Below are positions 1 through 12,718 of a stretch of DNA of 64,000 nt, one piece after another. The DNA comes from Antedon mediterranea (taxonomy: Eukaryota > Animalia > Echinodermata), in contig NC_092672.1 of NCBI RefSeq assembly GCF_964355755.1, forward strand, positions 1,550,001 through 1,614,000. The letters run 5' to 3'. Under the pieces are notes generated by a model that had not been told where the DNA came from, searched no databases, and saw nothing but the letters and a program-made list of their open reading frames with translations. The position numbers and the translations under genes were made by a program. Numbering within the stretch: position 1 is the first letter of the stretch; every line of letters starts with the position of its first letter.

Positions 1-86
1 CTTCCTCTTTTTTCTACTCCTCTGACTAATTTAATTGTTAATAAAATTGAACTTTAACTGTAGTTGTTCTACCTTTTGAAATACAG

Positions 87-3000
87 GTTGTTGCAGTTGC
101 TGATCCCAAAAAGTTTGCTAGGACCTATATTCAGAAGAGATATAAACTAACAGACGAACGTGTTTTTGAAGGTATTTCATAAAATAAACTCTGGATAAGT
201 TAAATTACTGGCATAAAAGAAAATTATTGTTAATGACAATGCTGTGGGTATCAGTGGCTGAAACCTTTCAGTTATTTTCTATTTTTAACTCCCATTTCTT
301 AAAATCTATATTTTCAGATTTTAACGATATTTTAAAACTCGAGAAGCTTGCTGATTGTGTTGTCATAGCAACTCCTGATGCACTACACAAGGTTTGTAAC
401 TAAAAAAATTCAATTTAAGAAGCCTACACTTTCAAACTTTATGTGTCAACAAAATGTAATGTCATCATGATGATGTCATATCACACCATATTTAAGCATA
501 GCACTACTATATATGGGCACATCAAACATCAAACTTTTTTGACAAATAAAGTTTGATAGTGTAGACAAGGCTTAAGACAAGAAAGGGAAAGTTTTTTTAT
601 TTATTTATTTATTCATTTCCCAACCAACAGTGAACTCATGGTTCACCACTTACAGGAGGGAACACAGACAAACACGAACATATACAATAAAAAACATTAA
701 ACTAAACTACTAACATGTTACGAAACTTACGGAAATTATTACTAAAGATATCTAACTCAGGGTTTCTTAAAGTAAAAGAATTATAAGTTTGACTTAATCT
801 ACTAATAAAACCATTTTTTTAAATTACTCTACTCAAACTCAAACTATTGTGATGTGCCCAAATATGGTATTGACATTGGTAAAATATGGTAGTGATATGA
901 AATCATCATGTCCATATATAGGCACATCACATTTTTTTGTCACATAAAGTTTGATAGTGTAGACAGGGCTTAAGAGTTGTTATCACATATCTCTCTTAAA
1001 TTGTTTTCTTTTCAAGGAACCAGCTGTAGGGTTTGCAAATGCAGGCTACCACATTCTGCTGGAGAAACCAATGGCTGTAAGTAGGCTTTTCTCAATTATC
1101 TCTTGTCAATGTTTAATTGAAATCATGTGACAATTTAACAATAATATTGAACCACACTGGCCCGGCAACAGTAAACAAAGTCTCGCATCAATATGCTGCA
1201 CCACTCTCTACTCATTCCTAAAGTGTACATATAAAGATATTGCACAAACTGATTGGTCACACACACATGTATGGAATTCTTCATTCCTTATTAGGTAACG
1301 GAAGAGGACTGTAGAGAGATTGTTGCTGCTTGTAAGAAGAACAATACTATATTGTCCGTTGGACATGTGCTGAGGTACTACCCACCGTTACAGAAACTGA
1401 AAGAGTTGATAAACAGTGGTATCATTGGCGATGTTGTTAACATTCATCTCCACGAACCAGTAAGGCTTCTCAGAATTACTTTTTACCTCGGACATGCTAG
1501 TAATTTGAATTGATACACATTTGCTGTTGAATTTAACAATACATAGTAAAATTACAACTGGCTGTAATAAGTTTTATGCAAAACCTAAGGCCTGGGTAAA
1601 CTAAGCCTGTGGATAACAAAGTTATTCCAGTCCTTAGACATGGTGAGGTTAGAGCTAGGCAAAACAGAACATGACCTCACCTTGACCTCACCTTGACCTC
1701 ACCTTGGTAAGATAGGTATCTTATGTCTAGCTGCGGCAAACACCAACAATACTCTGCACCGTGCGGAAATAATCTATGAAGAGCTGGGGTATACAGAATT
1801 TGATGGTACAGTGTACAGATTGACACGTCAACTCCTTGTGTTGTAGGTTGGGTTCTACCATTTTGCTCACTCTTATGTCCGAGGCAATTGGAGGAATGAA
1901 GATGAATCTACATTTGTTTTGATGGCCAAGTGTTGCCATGACATTGACCTTCTACTTTGGTGGTTTGAAGGTCAAAGGTTAGTTTCATCTCCATAATCAA
2001 TTTGTCTTTATAGTAATAACTAATGATTGTAATTACATTTGATCCAAAATCCATTAAGCTCTGTCTACACTATCAAACTAGTAGTGATATGCCCAAATAT
2101 GGTAGTGATATGCCCAAATATGGTAGTGATGTGCCCAAATATGGTAGTGATATGCCCAAATATGGTAGTGATGTGCCCAAATATGGTAGTGATATATGAT
2201 GTCAAGGTTAGCTATATTCAAACAGAAAATTATGTTTTACAGGTGTACTAAGGTTTCATCGTTTGGATCACTCTTTCAGTTCAGAAAAGAAAAAAAGGTA
2301 TTTTAGATTTTATAAAACATAATATGACTAGTATGTGTATGAAAGCCAATGGTAGGATCTGCAAGCAGACTCCGGGTCCGAATCTCGGTTGGGGCAGGTT
2401 TTTCTCCGATTTCTTTATCTTTACTGTTAATTAATATATACATATGGTGTATCAGGGACAGTTTGAATTTGAAAACGGAAAGACTACTGCCACATTTTCT
2501 ATGGTAGCTTTCCCTGAACAAATCTGTTACAACTTCCTGGGTTAAGTGTCTCTATGTCAAATGTTATGTATATCTAATGTTTGTTTGTTTACTCAGCCTG
2601 AGGGCGCTAGTTCTAGATGTATGGATTGCAGTGTTGAAAAGGAGTGTCCTTATTCTGCTAAGAAAATGTATTTAGATCCCATAAAAGAAGTAAGTTTATA
2701 AATGTTTAGATTTAGATCATAGATTTGGAGTAGTCAGATCCTTTAACTGGAAAGAAGGTGTGACCCGTAATGCGTTGCAAAAAACAGTATTTACTTTGAA
2801 CAAGATGATTGTTACATTAAATTAATATTTTGTATGACTGTATGAGAAATTGAAATAAAAATAGTGAAATCAGTGGGAGAAAATAATGGGCCCTTTTGTA
2901 ATGTTTTTATTGCTTTGTAATGGATATGGATATGTAATATTGACAACATTTTTGGTAGGGTTGTGTTGGCTGGTCATCGGTCATCTGTGATGAACCGTCC

Positions 3001-4231
3001 ATAGAATCTGTAACAGATGCCTTAAGGAACGGTCCATACGGTAGATGTGTCTACGAATCGGACAATGATGTCTGCGACAATCAAGTGGTCAATTTTGAAT
3101 TTGAAAACGGACAGACAGCCACTTTTTCTATGGTAGCTTTCACTGAAAAACTCTGTGAACGACAAGTGAAAGTATTTGGTACTATGGTAAGTGCATCGTA
3201 AGGGCTGGTCTACAGGGCAGTAATCATTTCTCAACCTTTTAATACCGTGTACCTTTTTGACCTGTCCTTATTATGGTATTTTGAAAGTATTTTAAATAAC
3301 AAAATAGAATTTGGGTATTTTGGACCTCTATAAAAGTTTGGTTTAGGAGATTTTGCAGTTTTCAGAGAGTCTGGTACGTCAGTATTGGGGAGTCATCCGT
3401 TTATTTCTACATCAGTATCAGCCATCATGAATCTATTACTATGACAATTGTTCTGTTAATTACCTAATTTTAAACTACTTATCTGGATATTTAAAAAAAT
3501 TAAATTTAAATTAAATTTTTAAGTAAATTTTAACTTTTCCTTGTGTGAAAATGTTTTATTTGTTTTCCGTTTGTTTATTAGGGCGAGTTAACTTTCAATG
3601 GGTCAGGCCCCATCTCTAGGTTTGATTTTAATTCAAAGGAGATATTCATACACAAGCCAGTGTGTTCGTTTAGCGGTTTCGGTGGCCATGGCGGAGCTGA
3701 TTATCATTTAATCAACAGTTTTGTTCATGCACTCGCTGTAAGTACAAATCATTTGTATTTAATTGTACAGTTCAATGGACAAGAAAACTTGTAATTTATA
3801 ATGTTAATCAATTTTATATATTTCTGTATTTTTTAAAATCTATGTTTATTTGAATATATATACAGTAGTATATACTGTACTTTTCTTCTGTAAACAATTG
3901 TTTTCAGCCAACTGGCTACTTGTTCAGATAAGTTTTTACAAGAAATAATTGCCAATCATTTTTTTTCCTGAACCAGGGTTTCCTCTGGTATAATCCCACT
4001 CTAAAATTTATTCCTAAAAAAGCAATTTTTCTTTTAATAAAAATGTTAATGTATTGGTTTTATAATTGCGGCAGCTTTTACAAACTTTGTAAATTTGAAT
4101 TGCAGGAAAATGATCCGTCAAAAGTTGTGACGGGAGCTGACATATCCCTCAGAAGCCATCTACTTGTCTTCCGGGCGGAACAAGCAAGAGTTGAGGGCCG
4201 TGTTGTTGTACCAGAAGATGTCCTAGTCTGA
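87..4231 (+). CDS. Gfo/Idh/MocA-family NAD(P)-dependent oxidoreductase (YteT-like), 5'-truncated by window edge, 10 exons visible
   Basis: GT-AG exons 87-171, 318-391, 1017-1076, 1295-1459, 1847-1977, 2243-2297, 2597-2689, 2959-3186, 3582-3737, 4106-4231 splice in frame. Motifs: [65 protein letters not shown]. Stop TGA at 4229-4231. Confidence 0.9.
418..572. mobile_element. Harbinger/Tourist-like MITE family A copy (degenerate)
   Basis: ctacactttcaaactttatgtg...gtttgatagtgtagacaaggct followed by TAA. A second partial copy lies at ~835-970. Confidence 0.7.
2057..2200. mobile_element. MITE family A copy, right end missing, internal 21-bp unit amplified
   Basis: TTA + agctctgtctacactatcaaact, then about 5 copies of gtagtgatatgcccaaatatg. 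Confidence 0.75.
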
Positions 4232-4619
4232 TATCATCTTTGTCTGTTGTACCAGAAGATGTCCTAGTCTGATCGTCATTGTCTCTGTATAGAATTGTTT
4301 AAATTAAACAGTACTTTTATTCATAAAAGAACATTAAACAAACAATAAATTATCAAAGGAGCATTTGCTGAATAGATGAGTTTTTAAATAATATATTATA
4401 AACTTAATATAATATATAATAATACAATCTGATTACAGTATCATTCATAGAGTAGAAAAGCACTGATAAAAAAAATTAAATATTTTATAAAATTGAATGA
4501 CATTATTGATATAAAAAAAGCCAATTAAAACATATACAGTAGGCCATATATAAACATATAAATGAATTATGAATATACACAGTGCTGCTTAATGCTAGTG
4601 TGCTTAGCAAAAGAACTTA

Positions 4620-5404
4620 CGCCGTGGTTAGGATTCCGGCACCGGAACTCAACTGCCCACCGTTAGGGAATCCGACACGCTCTTGCGCATGCCCAGAGCT
4701 CTGGGAAGTGAATTATAGCTTGCACTAGTGGCGTGCCACACCACCACACCACCACCGCCGAGAGTCGGAGTGTTATAGGGATTTACTGTAGCCTAGATAG
4801 TCGTTGCGCGAGCGAGAGATGGATGAAACTTGGCCTATGCCATACATGAATTAATAATTAAAATACGACTACGCCACGCGTTAAAATAATTATAATGATA
4901 TTAATAAGTATCAGTATCTATCTAAGAATCGTAATGCTGTTTTTAGCGTTGCGATCCTGACTTCCCGAACAGTTTTTTCACATCCACGCGGTGGCTGCCG
5001 TCAACAAATCAACTTGTGATTTGTTATGTAATGTACAATATAATGTATAATCATAAACCTAGTCATGTAGGCCTAATTATATAATTCATAATGATATGAA
5101 GTTTATATATGAATGAAGCAACGACTTTTTAATTACAAAATAAATACTATAGGCCCACTGGTCAAGTCTAACTGGTAGCCCTAGCCTAGATTAGTGGATC
5201 CAATATTAGTAGGCATCTAGGCTAGTTCGCCGTGTGGCGCAACTATGATCAAAGTACACTATCTTTGCTATGATGAAATGATCCATCGCTGTTTTTTGAT
5301 AAGTATAGAGTCGCCGACTACCCCGCTCTGGGCATGCGCAATAGCGTGTCGGATTCCCTAACGCTGGGCAGTTGAGTTCCGGTGCCGGAATCCTAACCAC
5401 GGCG
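4620..5404. mobile_element. Non-autonomous DNA transposon with 80-bp TIRs and 9-bp TSD (Mutator/MULE-like or AcademH-like)
   Basis: TIR CGCCGTGGTTAGGATTCCGGCACCGG... at 4620-4699 vs 5325-5404 (2 mismatches). AAGAACTTA at 4611-4619 and 5405-5413. No transposase ORF. Confidence 0.88.
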
Positions 5405-5413
5405 AAGAACTTA

Positions 5414-8066
5414 TAGTCCAGTCAAAAATCACCCTCACCATGGTATAAGAACGTACCCTAATAAAATTTCATCCGTAGGTTCTATGTATATAGGTAATAA
5501 CATTTCTTGATGTTGCGTCTTGCAAAACTTGGGATTTTACGAGAAAATTAGACTTTTATACCCAATTTATAACTACCTCATGTCGTATTATTGTGTACAG
5601 CGAATTCGACGAAGCGTGACTAAAATTACGAGACGCCGTTAGCGCCCGTTGAAAAATGCATTAACAAAGCTAAAAACCTACAAAATTAATAGTTTATACA
5701 ATAATTTAAATATAGTTTACAATAAATTGTATAATAAAATACATAACATATAAAGAAAACCCAAGTATAATCTCAAATATTTACAGATATGTGTTTAAAA
5801 ATGTACAAATCAAAATGGCCTTCCATAAAATAAAGTGCGCCCTCACTCGTCATACTTTTATCGGACTTGTATGGATGGTTATACAAGGCATTAATATATG
5901 AAACACGATGCGGTTTGTTAGTTATTGCCTCTGCAAGAGGCAGAATATTATATTTTCACAAATATATTTCCAATTTTTATCATGGAAAAAAAGAATTGTA
6001 TATATTTAAACACATTACAACCTCCAGTATACCATCATGATGGATTAAGTGTATATTTGTATATCTGCTGAAGCGTAATGATCTACTAGTTTTTCTGGTT
6101 TTATTTTTAGACATTCTTTTTTTTAAACAGCATTACTTGCGTGGATATCACAATGCATTGCATATTTTAAACTATCATTCGCGATTATGATCTTAATTAG
6201 TGTAAGAACCAATCATTTAAGGATAATCCATTTCGTGTAGGCCTATACGAAAGATACTAGGCCCTACCTCAAGTAGCCCTACTTTCACTTTCCAACAATT
6301 ATTAAGAGCGTATCAAAGGGGCTGGTTGGCATTCGTCTGAATCAACATTTATCATTTTTCCCTTTCACCCGCCGATGCCCCCACTGCCAATGGGGAGGAG
6401 GAGCCGGTTTGATCCTCTCTGAATCCGTCTGGCCTTCACATCGTACCGATGTGTGAAGTTTGAGCCAATAAACGTCATTCATGACGATTCTTTAAGTTCG
6501 AAGTCGTCTTCCAGAATTCAAAGCATTCTAAATTTAAAGTATTTTTCCGTTTTTCCACCGTTCACATTTCACTAAATAAAAGAAAGTGAGAATGTTGGAG
6601 TGTGATTCGCGAGAAACGACATACTGTATTACCCAATTCTCCCAATTTTTTAAGACGTGACGTATATTAAATACATTCTAATATAAAGTGTTTTGGTTGA
6701 GAGTAGTCCTACAATTATTATTGGACATTTTATACACAAAAGCATGTCATAAACGATCGGTTCACCTCCACGGCCTGAAAGTTCTCACTTGGGACAAAAA
6801 AGTAAAGTCCAGAACAAAAGTTTTATATGCATTTATTTCAAATATTGTTATCCGCCGAGTCCGACACATTTTAATGCATTTAAATAAAATTTTAAAAGCT
6901 TGGGAGAACACAGTAGTTTAATTTGTTGGCTTATTCAAATGCTTATAAATGACGTTTTAAACATAAAAGATGTAGGCTATTTTTCCCAAAAGTGAAGATG
7001 AACATTAATTAATTAATTAAATGTAAAAGAATAACACAGTTATCCGTCAGAAGTCTTCGAACAGAAAGAATCTTCGGTGGCAGGATTACATTTTCTAAAA
7101 CACGAAATTGTCTCACACATCATACGATGCCAATAAACAATTCAAAGAAAATTAAACAAAACTAACAATCACAAGGATTCTTTGTTGCGGATAACCAATG
7201 AGAAAATATTTCAGAGTACTTTATTAATTTAAATCTTTATTATATCGTATACGCGAAATGGACTGTCATTTAAAAATGATTCTTACTCAAATTAATATTG
7301 ACTATAATCGCGAATAAACAAATGCATTGTGATATCCACGCAAGTAATGCTGTGAAAAAAAGAATGTCCAGAATATAACCAGATAACTAGAAGATCATTA
7401 CGCTATAGCATATACAATACGGCGCTTCACTTAATCCATCATGATGGTAGACTGGAGGTTGTAATGTGTTTAAATATATACAATTCTTTTTTTCCATGAT
7501 AAAAACTAGAAATATATTTGTGAAAATATAATATTCTGCCTCTTGCAGAGGCAATAACTAACAAACCGCATCGGGTTTCGTATTATTAATGCCTTGTATA
7601 ACCATCCATACAAGTCCGATAAAAGTATGACGAGTGAGGGCGCACTTTATTTTATGGAAGGCCATTTTGATTTGTACATTTTTAAACACATATCTGTAAA
7701 TATTTGAGATTATACTTGAGTTTTCTTTATATGTTATGTATTTTATTATACAATTTATTGTAAACTATATTTAAATTATTGTATAAACTATTAATTTTGT
7801 AGGTTTTTAGCTTTGTTAATGCATTTTTCAACGGGCGCAAACGGCGTCTCATAATTTCAGTCACGCTTCGTCGCATTCGCTGTACACAATAATACGACAT
7901 GAGGTAGTTATAAATTGGGTATAAAAGTCAAATTTTCTCGTAAAATCCCAAGTTTTGCAAGACGCAACATCAAGAAATGTTATTACCTATATACATAGAA
8001 CCTACGGATGAAATTTTATTAGGGTACGTTCTTATACCATGGTGAGGGTGATTTTTGACTGGACTA
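5414..8066. mobile_element. Non-autonomous long-TIR DNA transposon, Academ-like (TAG...CTA ends, 3-bp TTA TSD)
   Basis: TAGTCCAGTCAAAAATCACCCTCACC at the left end is inverted at the right end. Arms align for about 750-830 bp (5414-~6250 vs ~7245-8066). TTA at 5411-5413 and 8067-8069. The superfamily call is inferred from ends, TSD and TIR length. Confidence 0.82.
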
Positions 8067-8736
8067 TTAGTATTATCAGGGAGATGTAATTTACATCTCC
8101 CTGGTATTATACAGTATTTTAAAAAATATATATTTTACGACATCTACAAAATCTAAAACACCCAATGATTTACTGGAACTTAATTTAACAAGAAATATTT
8201 CTTACAAAAAACGCCGCGTAACTTTTTGACTGGGCAGTTGTAAGAACAGTCTTCATTAATCTAATATAATAGGTCGGCCAATCAAAACGCAAGTGAACAA
8301 TTGGGACTTTACAGTGTGATTTATGTCATTGGCCTGTCAGCACAGTCGTTTCTTTCTAGAATTAAACGCACAAACTTGTATTGGGAATAATGTATGTGGT
8401 TATTACTATCGCATTTAGGTATTGATAATAATAATAATATGGCTTTTGAATATATAATTACTGTCTGTAGAATAACATTTATACATTTTCGGTTCGCGAT
8501 CAAAAGTTATATGAATGGATTTGTAATAGGTATTTATAATAATAGTATATGGGTTGTATTATTGCTAAGCTATCACCAAATCGCGTTATAACATTATTTC
8601 TCAGGGTTTTTTGCACCATTGATCAATACCAAACGCGTATCGGTATTATAGTTTTTAATGAATCATTACATTAATAAAAATACCCAATTAAATCAATCGC
8701 GTCAGTCCAATTCCGACTTATGTTTCGATCACATAA

Positions 8737-8894
8737 TTCTGTGTCTACACTGTCCCAACTAGTTTAACAAAAAAAGTGTGATGTGCCCAAATATGGTAGT
8801 GATATGCCCGAATATCGTAGTGATATGACATCGTCATGTCTATATAATATGGGCACATCATAATCATATTTAGTTTGATAGTATAGACAAAGCT
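8737..8894. mobile_element. MITE family A copy
   Basis: gtctacactgtcccaactag...gtttgatagtatagacaaagct+TAA with internal gcccaaatatggtagtgat units. Confidence 0.75.
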
Positions 8895-8919
8895 TAAGGA
8901 TTATATTTAAAAAATGTTT

Positions 8920-10290
8920 TCTTACATTTTGAACGGAAGTATTTATTTGTTTATAAGCCCAATTTTCCAGTCTTAATTTTACATTTTGAAAAAAAGTATT
9001 TATTTGTTTATAAGCCAAATTTTCCAGTCCTAATTTTACATTTTGAAAAAAAGTATTTTATTTGTTGATAAAGCCCAATTGTGCAGTCTTATTTTACATT
9101 TTGAACGAAAGTATTTATTTGTTGATAAGCCCAATTTTGCATTCTTATTTTACATTTTAAATGAAAGTATTTATTTGTTGATAAGCCGAATTTTCCAGTT
9201 TAATAATAATGACCCCTTCCACAGTGCTTATACCATATACATTTTACATGATATTGACCGTGGGTTCTTTACGCCTCTGATGCATTTGTTTTTATTGTAC
9301 CTTTTTAATAAATTATTATATGTTTAGGCCTAATCACACCCAATTTAATGAAACGGTCAGATTCCGATTTCAATTGAACGAAAGTAGTACTGTATTTATT
9401 ATTCATTGATAAGCCAAGGGTCCCATGGCGTTAGCTGATATCTTGAGCATTTGACTCTTGTGTGAACCTGTAACACAAATCAAAGCTCTGGAATGAAATG
9501 AATGAAATCCCGGATGATTTAAGGTTTCTAACAAAAAGCAAATTCAAAAAAGAAATGAAAACATACTATTTGTTTGTATAGTGATATTTATTTATTTTAT
9601 AAGAGAATTATATTGTATATATTTGAGAGAAAGTGTATTTAAAAAAAAAAAAAAAAATGTTTATGTATATTAATTTTATTTTAGACAAGTAGCCCTAATT
9701 TATTTATATAACTATTTATATTTCAATGTTTAGGGGCTGAACTTGATTAGTTTTAACTATTTTTTAGCCCTTCCCTTGATATAATTATTATTATTTGTAT
9801 ATTACAATGTTTATAATTTATATTTATGGGTAAATAAAGAAAGAAAGAAATCATTCTTCAAAATCTAAAGAAAGAACCTCACACGTCTTTTTTGTGAGTG
9901 ATACACTATGGATATGCCCACGGAAATAATATGTGGACATTGCAAATAATCATAGGCCTACAGTAACAAACATAGAATGGCTAATAAGCATAACATTCAG
10001 ACTTGCTTGTTTTCTAGTGGATTTTTATTTACTTTAGCATGTAGAATAAAACTAGTAACAGTGGCTATATTAATAATTATACTGATTATCCTTGATGTTA
10101 TCGCGTCTAATAATAAAATATTTTGTTGTTGATAAGCCCAATTTTTCAGCCTTGATTTTACATTTTGAACGAAAGTATTTATTTGTTGATAAGCCCAATT
10201 TTGCAGTCTTAATAATGACCCTTCCACAGTGCATTTTACATGATATTGACCGAGGGTTTTTACGCCTCTATAGCCACTGATCAATACCAT
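8920..10290. repeat. ~57-bp tandem repeats in two blocks (8920-9270 and ~10115-10270)
   Basis: Unit ttacattttgaacgaaagtatttatttgttgataagcccaattttccagtcttaatt. Both blocks end in aataatgacccttccacagtgc...catgatattgaccg. Confidence 0.75.
9480..9850 (+). mobile_element. 5'-truncated L2/CR1-group LINE 3' end
   Basis: Translates SKLWNE...IPDDLRFLTKSKFKKEMKTY*, typical of an L2/CR1 ORF2 C-terminus. Followed by a 3' hairpin region and an AATAAA(GAAA)n tail. Confidence 0.6.
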
Positions 10291-11499
10291 AATTAATGTA
10301 CTTTTTTAAATGAATATTGAAATGTTTCAACATACCCAATTCAAAAAAACGGTCCGTTTTCGAGTTCAATCTTTTGATTAGAGAGGTTGGAGTTTCATTT
10401 TGAATTATAACATTGGCCTAGATTGACAGTCATAAAAAAGAAAGTCATTGTAAATACTTCCCTTTATGTTGACAGAGCCAAAATAAAGTTTTGACCATTA
10501 TCGAATGATTATTTGACAGTGACTTATTATAATACCGGCCTGGTTGACAGCAAAAACGAAGTTATTATTTATTAAACAAGATTTTACAGATTTCCGTCTA
10601 CATCTCAATAATACTGTATTATCAGCAAAGGCTTTCATATAGACTCTCTTCTCCCAGACGTTTTTTGGGTCCAGCAGCTACCTATAAATTATAGTCGAGT
10701 TTCCAAATTCACAAAACTGTCAGCCTTAGATACTAAAGCTACCGCTATGAAACAGCTTATTAATGAATGTGTCCTCCTGGGACATAGCTGGCTAGAGCCG
10801 CGGCGCGAAAACCTTGAAGCTAAGGAAATTGATAATGAGTGGAAGGCGAGGGGCAGTCAAGATTGACCCTAAATTTAGATTTTAAAGGGAAATCCTTATT
10901 ATATTTTACAATAAACTTTACCCCCAAATATCGTTTAGAGTGTTACCTGTTTATATTGGGAAGTGTTTTGTAAACCCAAAGGAATATAATTGATAAGAAA
11001 TGTAGATAATTATGATAAAAATATTTTTTTCAGCAATTTCCATGGACTACAAGATTTATTTTATTAATATAAGTAATTTATTGATAACAATGAATATTGT
11101 ATAATTTTGTAGGCCTATTATGCTTATAGTAAAAGATGAAGGTTTATATTTTGTAAATCATTGTACTGCGTTCAAATCTCAAATTCTGTGTAAGACATTA
11201 TTGTATAATTTAAAAAAATTTGATTCAATTTTTAATGCAATATTTCTTAGTATTCTTATTAAAATATATACACATGTATGCCGTTTATTTTCTTACACAT
11301 TTGTTGTTTTCCGCTATCGATGTAAACAACTACCAGATAGTAATGTATTTGTCCCTTTTGAGAGAACAAACTTAACTAGGCCTATGTACATTATTATTAC
11401 CACATTCAAAAAGCAACATTCATAAGGAATCGAACCCGGGATCACAATGGTTAAAAAAACATCGGAGATTTCTATTACTTTTTGTGAACACGAAATGTT

Positions 11500-11795
11500 C
11501 TCCATATAGATGGCGCCATTGTATTTCCTGGTTTTTTCGCTAAAAAAGTTTGTGATTTTGAAGTGCTCGTCGTCGGCGATCGCCCTCCTTTTTATCTCTC
11601 ACATCATCATCGCTAGGCCTTAAAATGCCACGGCGGTGAAGTGTTTTGAGCCTGATGCTTCAGTTTCCGGGTACTGCCTGTTTTGTGTTTTTTAGTGTTT
11701 TCACAAGACTTTAAATATACATATAATAATATGTTGCAAAGGTGACCTCACTTAACGAACAAGTTATTTCATATTTGGTTTTGATTTAGGTAAGA
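11500..11795 (+). promoter_or_regulatory. Putative PI3K promoter and non-coding first exon
   Basis: Locally CpG-richer stretch with AGATGGCGCC (YY1/CTCF-like), ending in a donor-like TTAG|GTAAGA at 11789/11790 and followed by a TAGGCC tract. The matching acceptor is at 16707, upstream of the ATG. Inference only. Confidence 0.5.
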
Positions 11796-11847
11796 TCATT
11801 TTACCTTTCCATTTATTATAATACACACACCGGAAGGAACCGAAGTG

Positions 11848-12335
11848 ACTAGCTAGGTACAGCTAGGCCTAAACTTTAGTTTAGGGCTTTTTGCTATTGC
11901 TCTAACTAGGCCTAGGCCTGGGCTCACTCCTTCTAGGCTAGAGGGAGGTAGGCCTAGGTAGATACGTAGGGCTAGGTTAGCTTAGACTATTAGTCCATGG
12001 CTATCCCTAATTAGCCTACCCTAGCTAGGCCTAGTAGTAAGTTAGTAATACTAATATAGTACTAGGCCTAGTAGGCTAGGCCTGGCCTACTAACTAAAAC
12101 TACTACCTAACTAACTACTAGCTAGGCCTAGCCTAGGCCTACTGTAGTATAGTAAGAAGGCCTAAAACCTATCATAGAATACAGTGAGTAGGACCATTTA
12201 AACCAAGTTCTACTACAAAAAAACGAACAAAAAAATAATTAGTAGTTTAGGATAGGCTAGAAAGTAAAAAATAAACTTTTAATATGATAAAATAAATTGT
12301 TACTAGACTAGCCTAGGCCTACAAGCCTAGCTCGG
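11848..12335. repeat. TAGGCC/CTAG-rich low-complexity tract (PI3K first intron)
   Basis: Dense taggccta/ctagcta words; similar tracts at 31914-32150, 38720-39145 and 55365-55920. Confidence 0.8.
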
Positions 12336-12477
12336 GTATTACAAATATGTTGATAGGGACGTTTATATTTATTAATAACTTTTTTTGGTCATACATTGGA
12401 ATGATGCTTATTGCAACATTGACACAAACCAATCGGTAGTGCATTCTAATAATAAAAATACAAATATAAAACAATAC

Positions 12478-12718
12478 GCCTTTTTACGAAACGGAAGACA
12501 TTTCGATCGAAGACAAACAATGCAACGAAGCATAACCAACAGAAATAACATAAGCGTTTTAAGCCTATTTTCGGAGGACAAGTTACTTAAAAATCTGTAA
12601 ATCCTCAACAGGCAGTTGTATGAACAAAATTTTTGTTGTAAAATGTTCTGTTGGTTACGCTTCGTTGCACGGCATTGTTGTCATCGATTGAAGATGTCTT
12701 CCGTTTCGTATAAAAGGC
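12478..12718. mobile_element. MITE-like inverted-repeat element
   Basis: gcctttttacgaaacggaagacat...cgaagcataaccaacagaa inverted against ttctgttggttacgcttcg...atgtcttccgtttcgtataaaaggc. TSD not resolved. Confidence 0.65.

Noticed and set aside
87-4231. Bacterial contamination or recent horizontal transfer of the YteT-like oxidoreductase
   Set aside because: It has at least 9 canonical introns carrying host MITEs; nothing in the sequence indicates recent transfer.
6250-7245. Transposase remnant in the Academ-like element core
   Set aside because: No ORF or motif I can recognise; a translated homology search would be needed.
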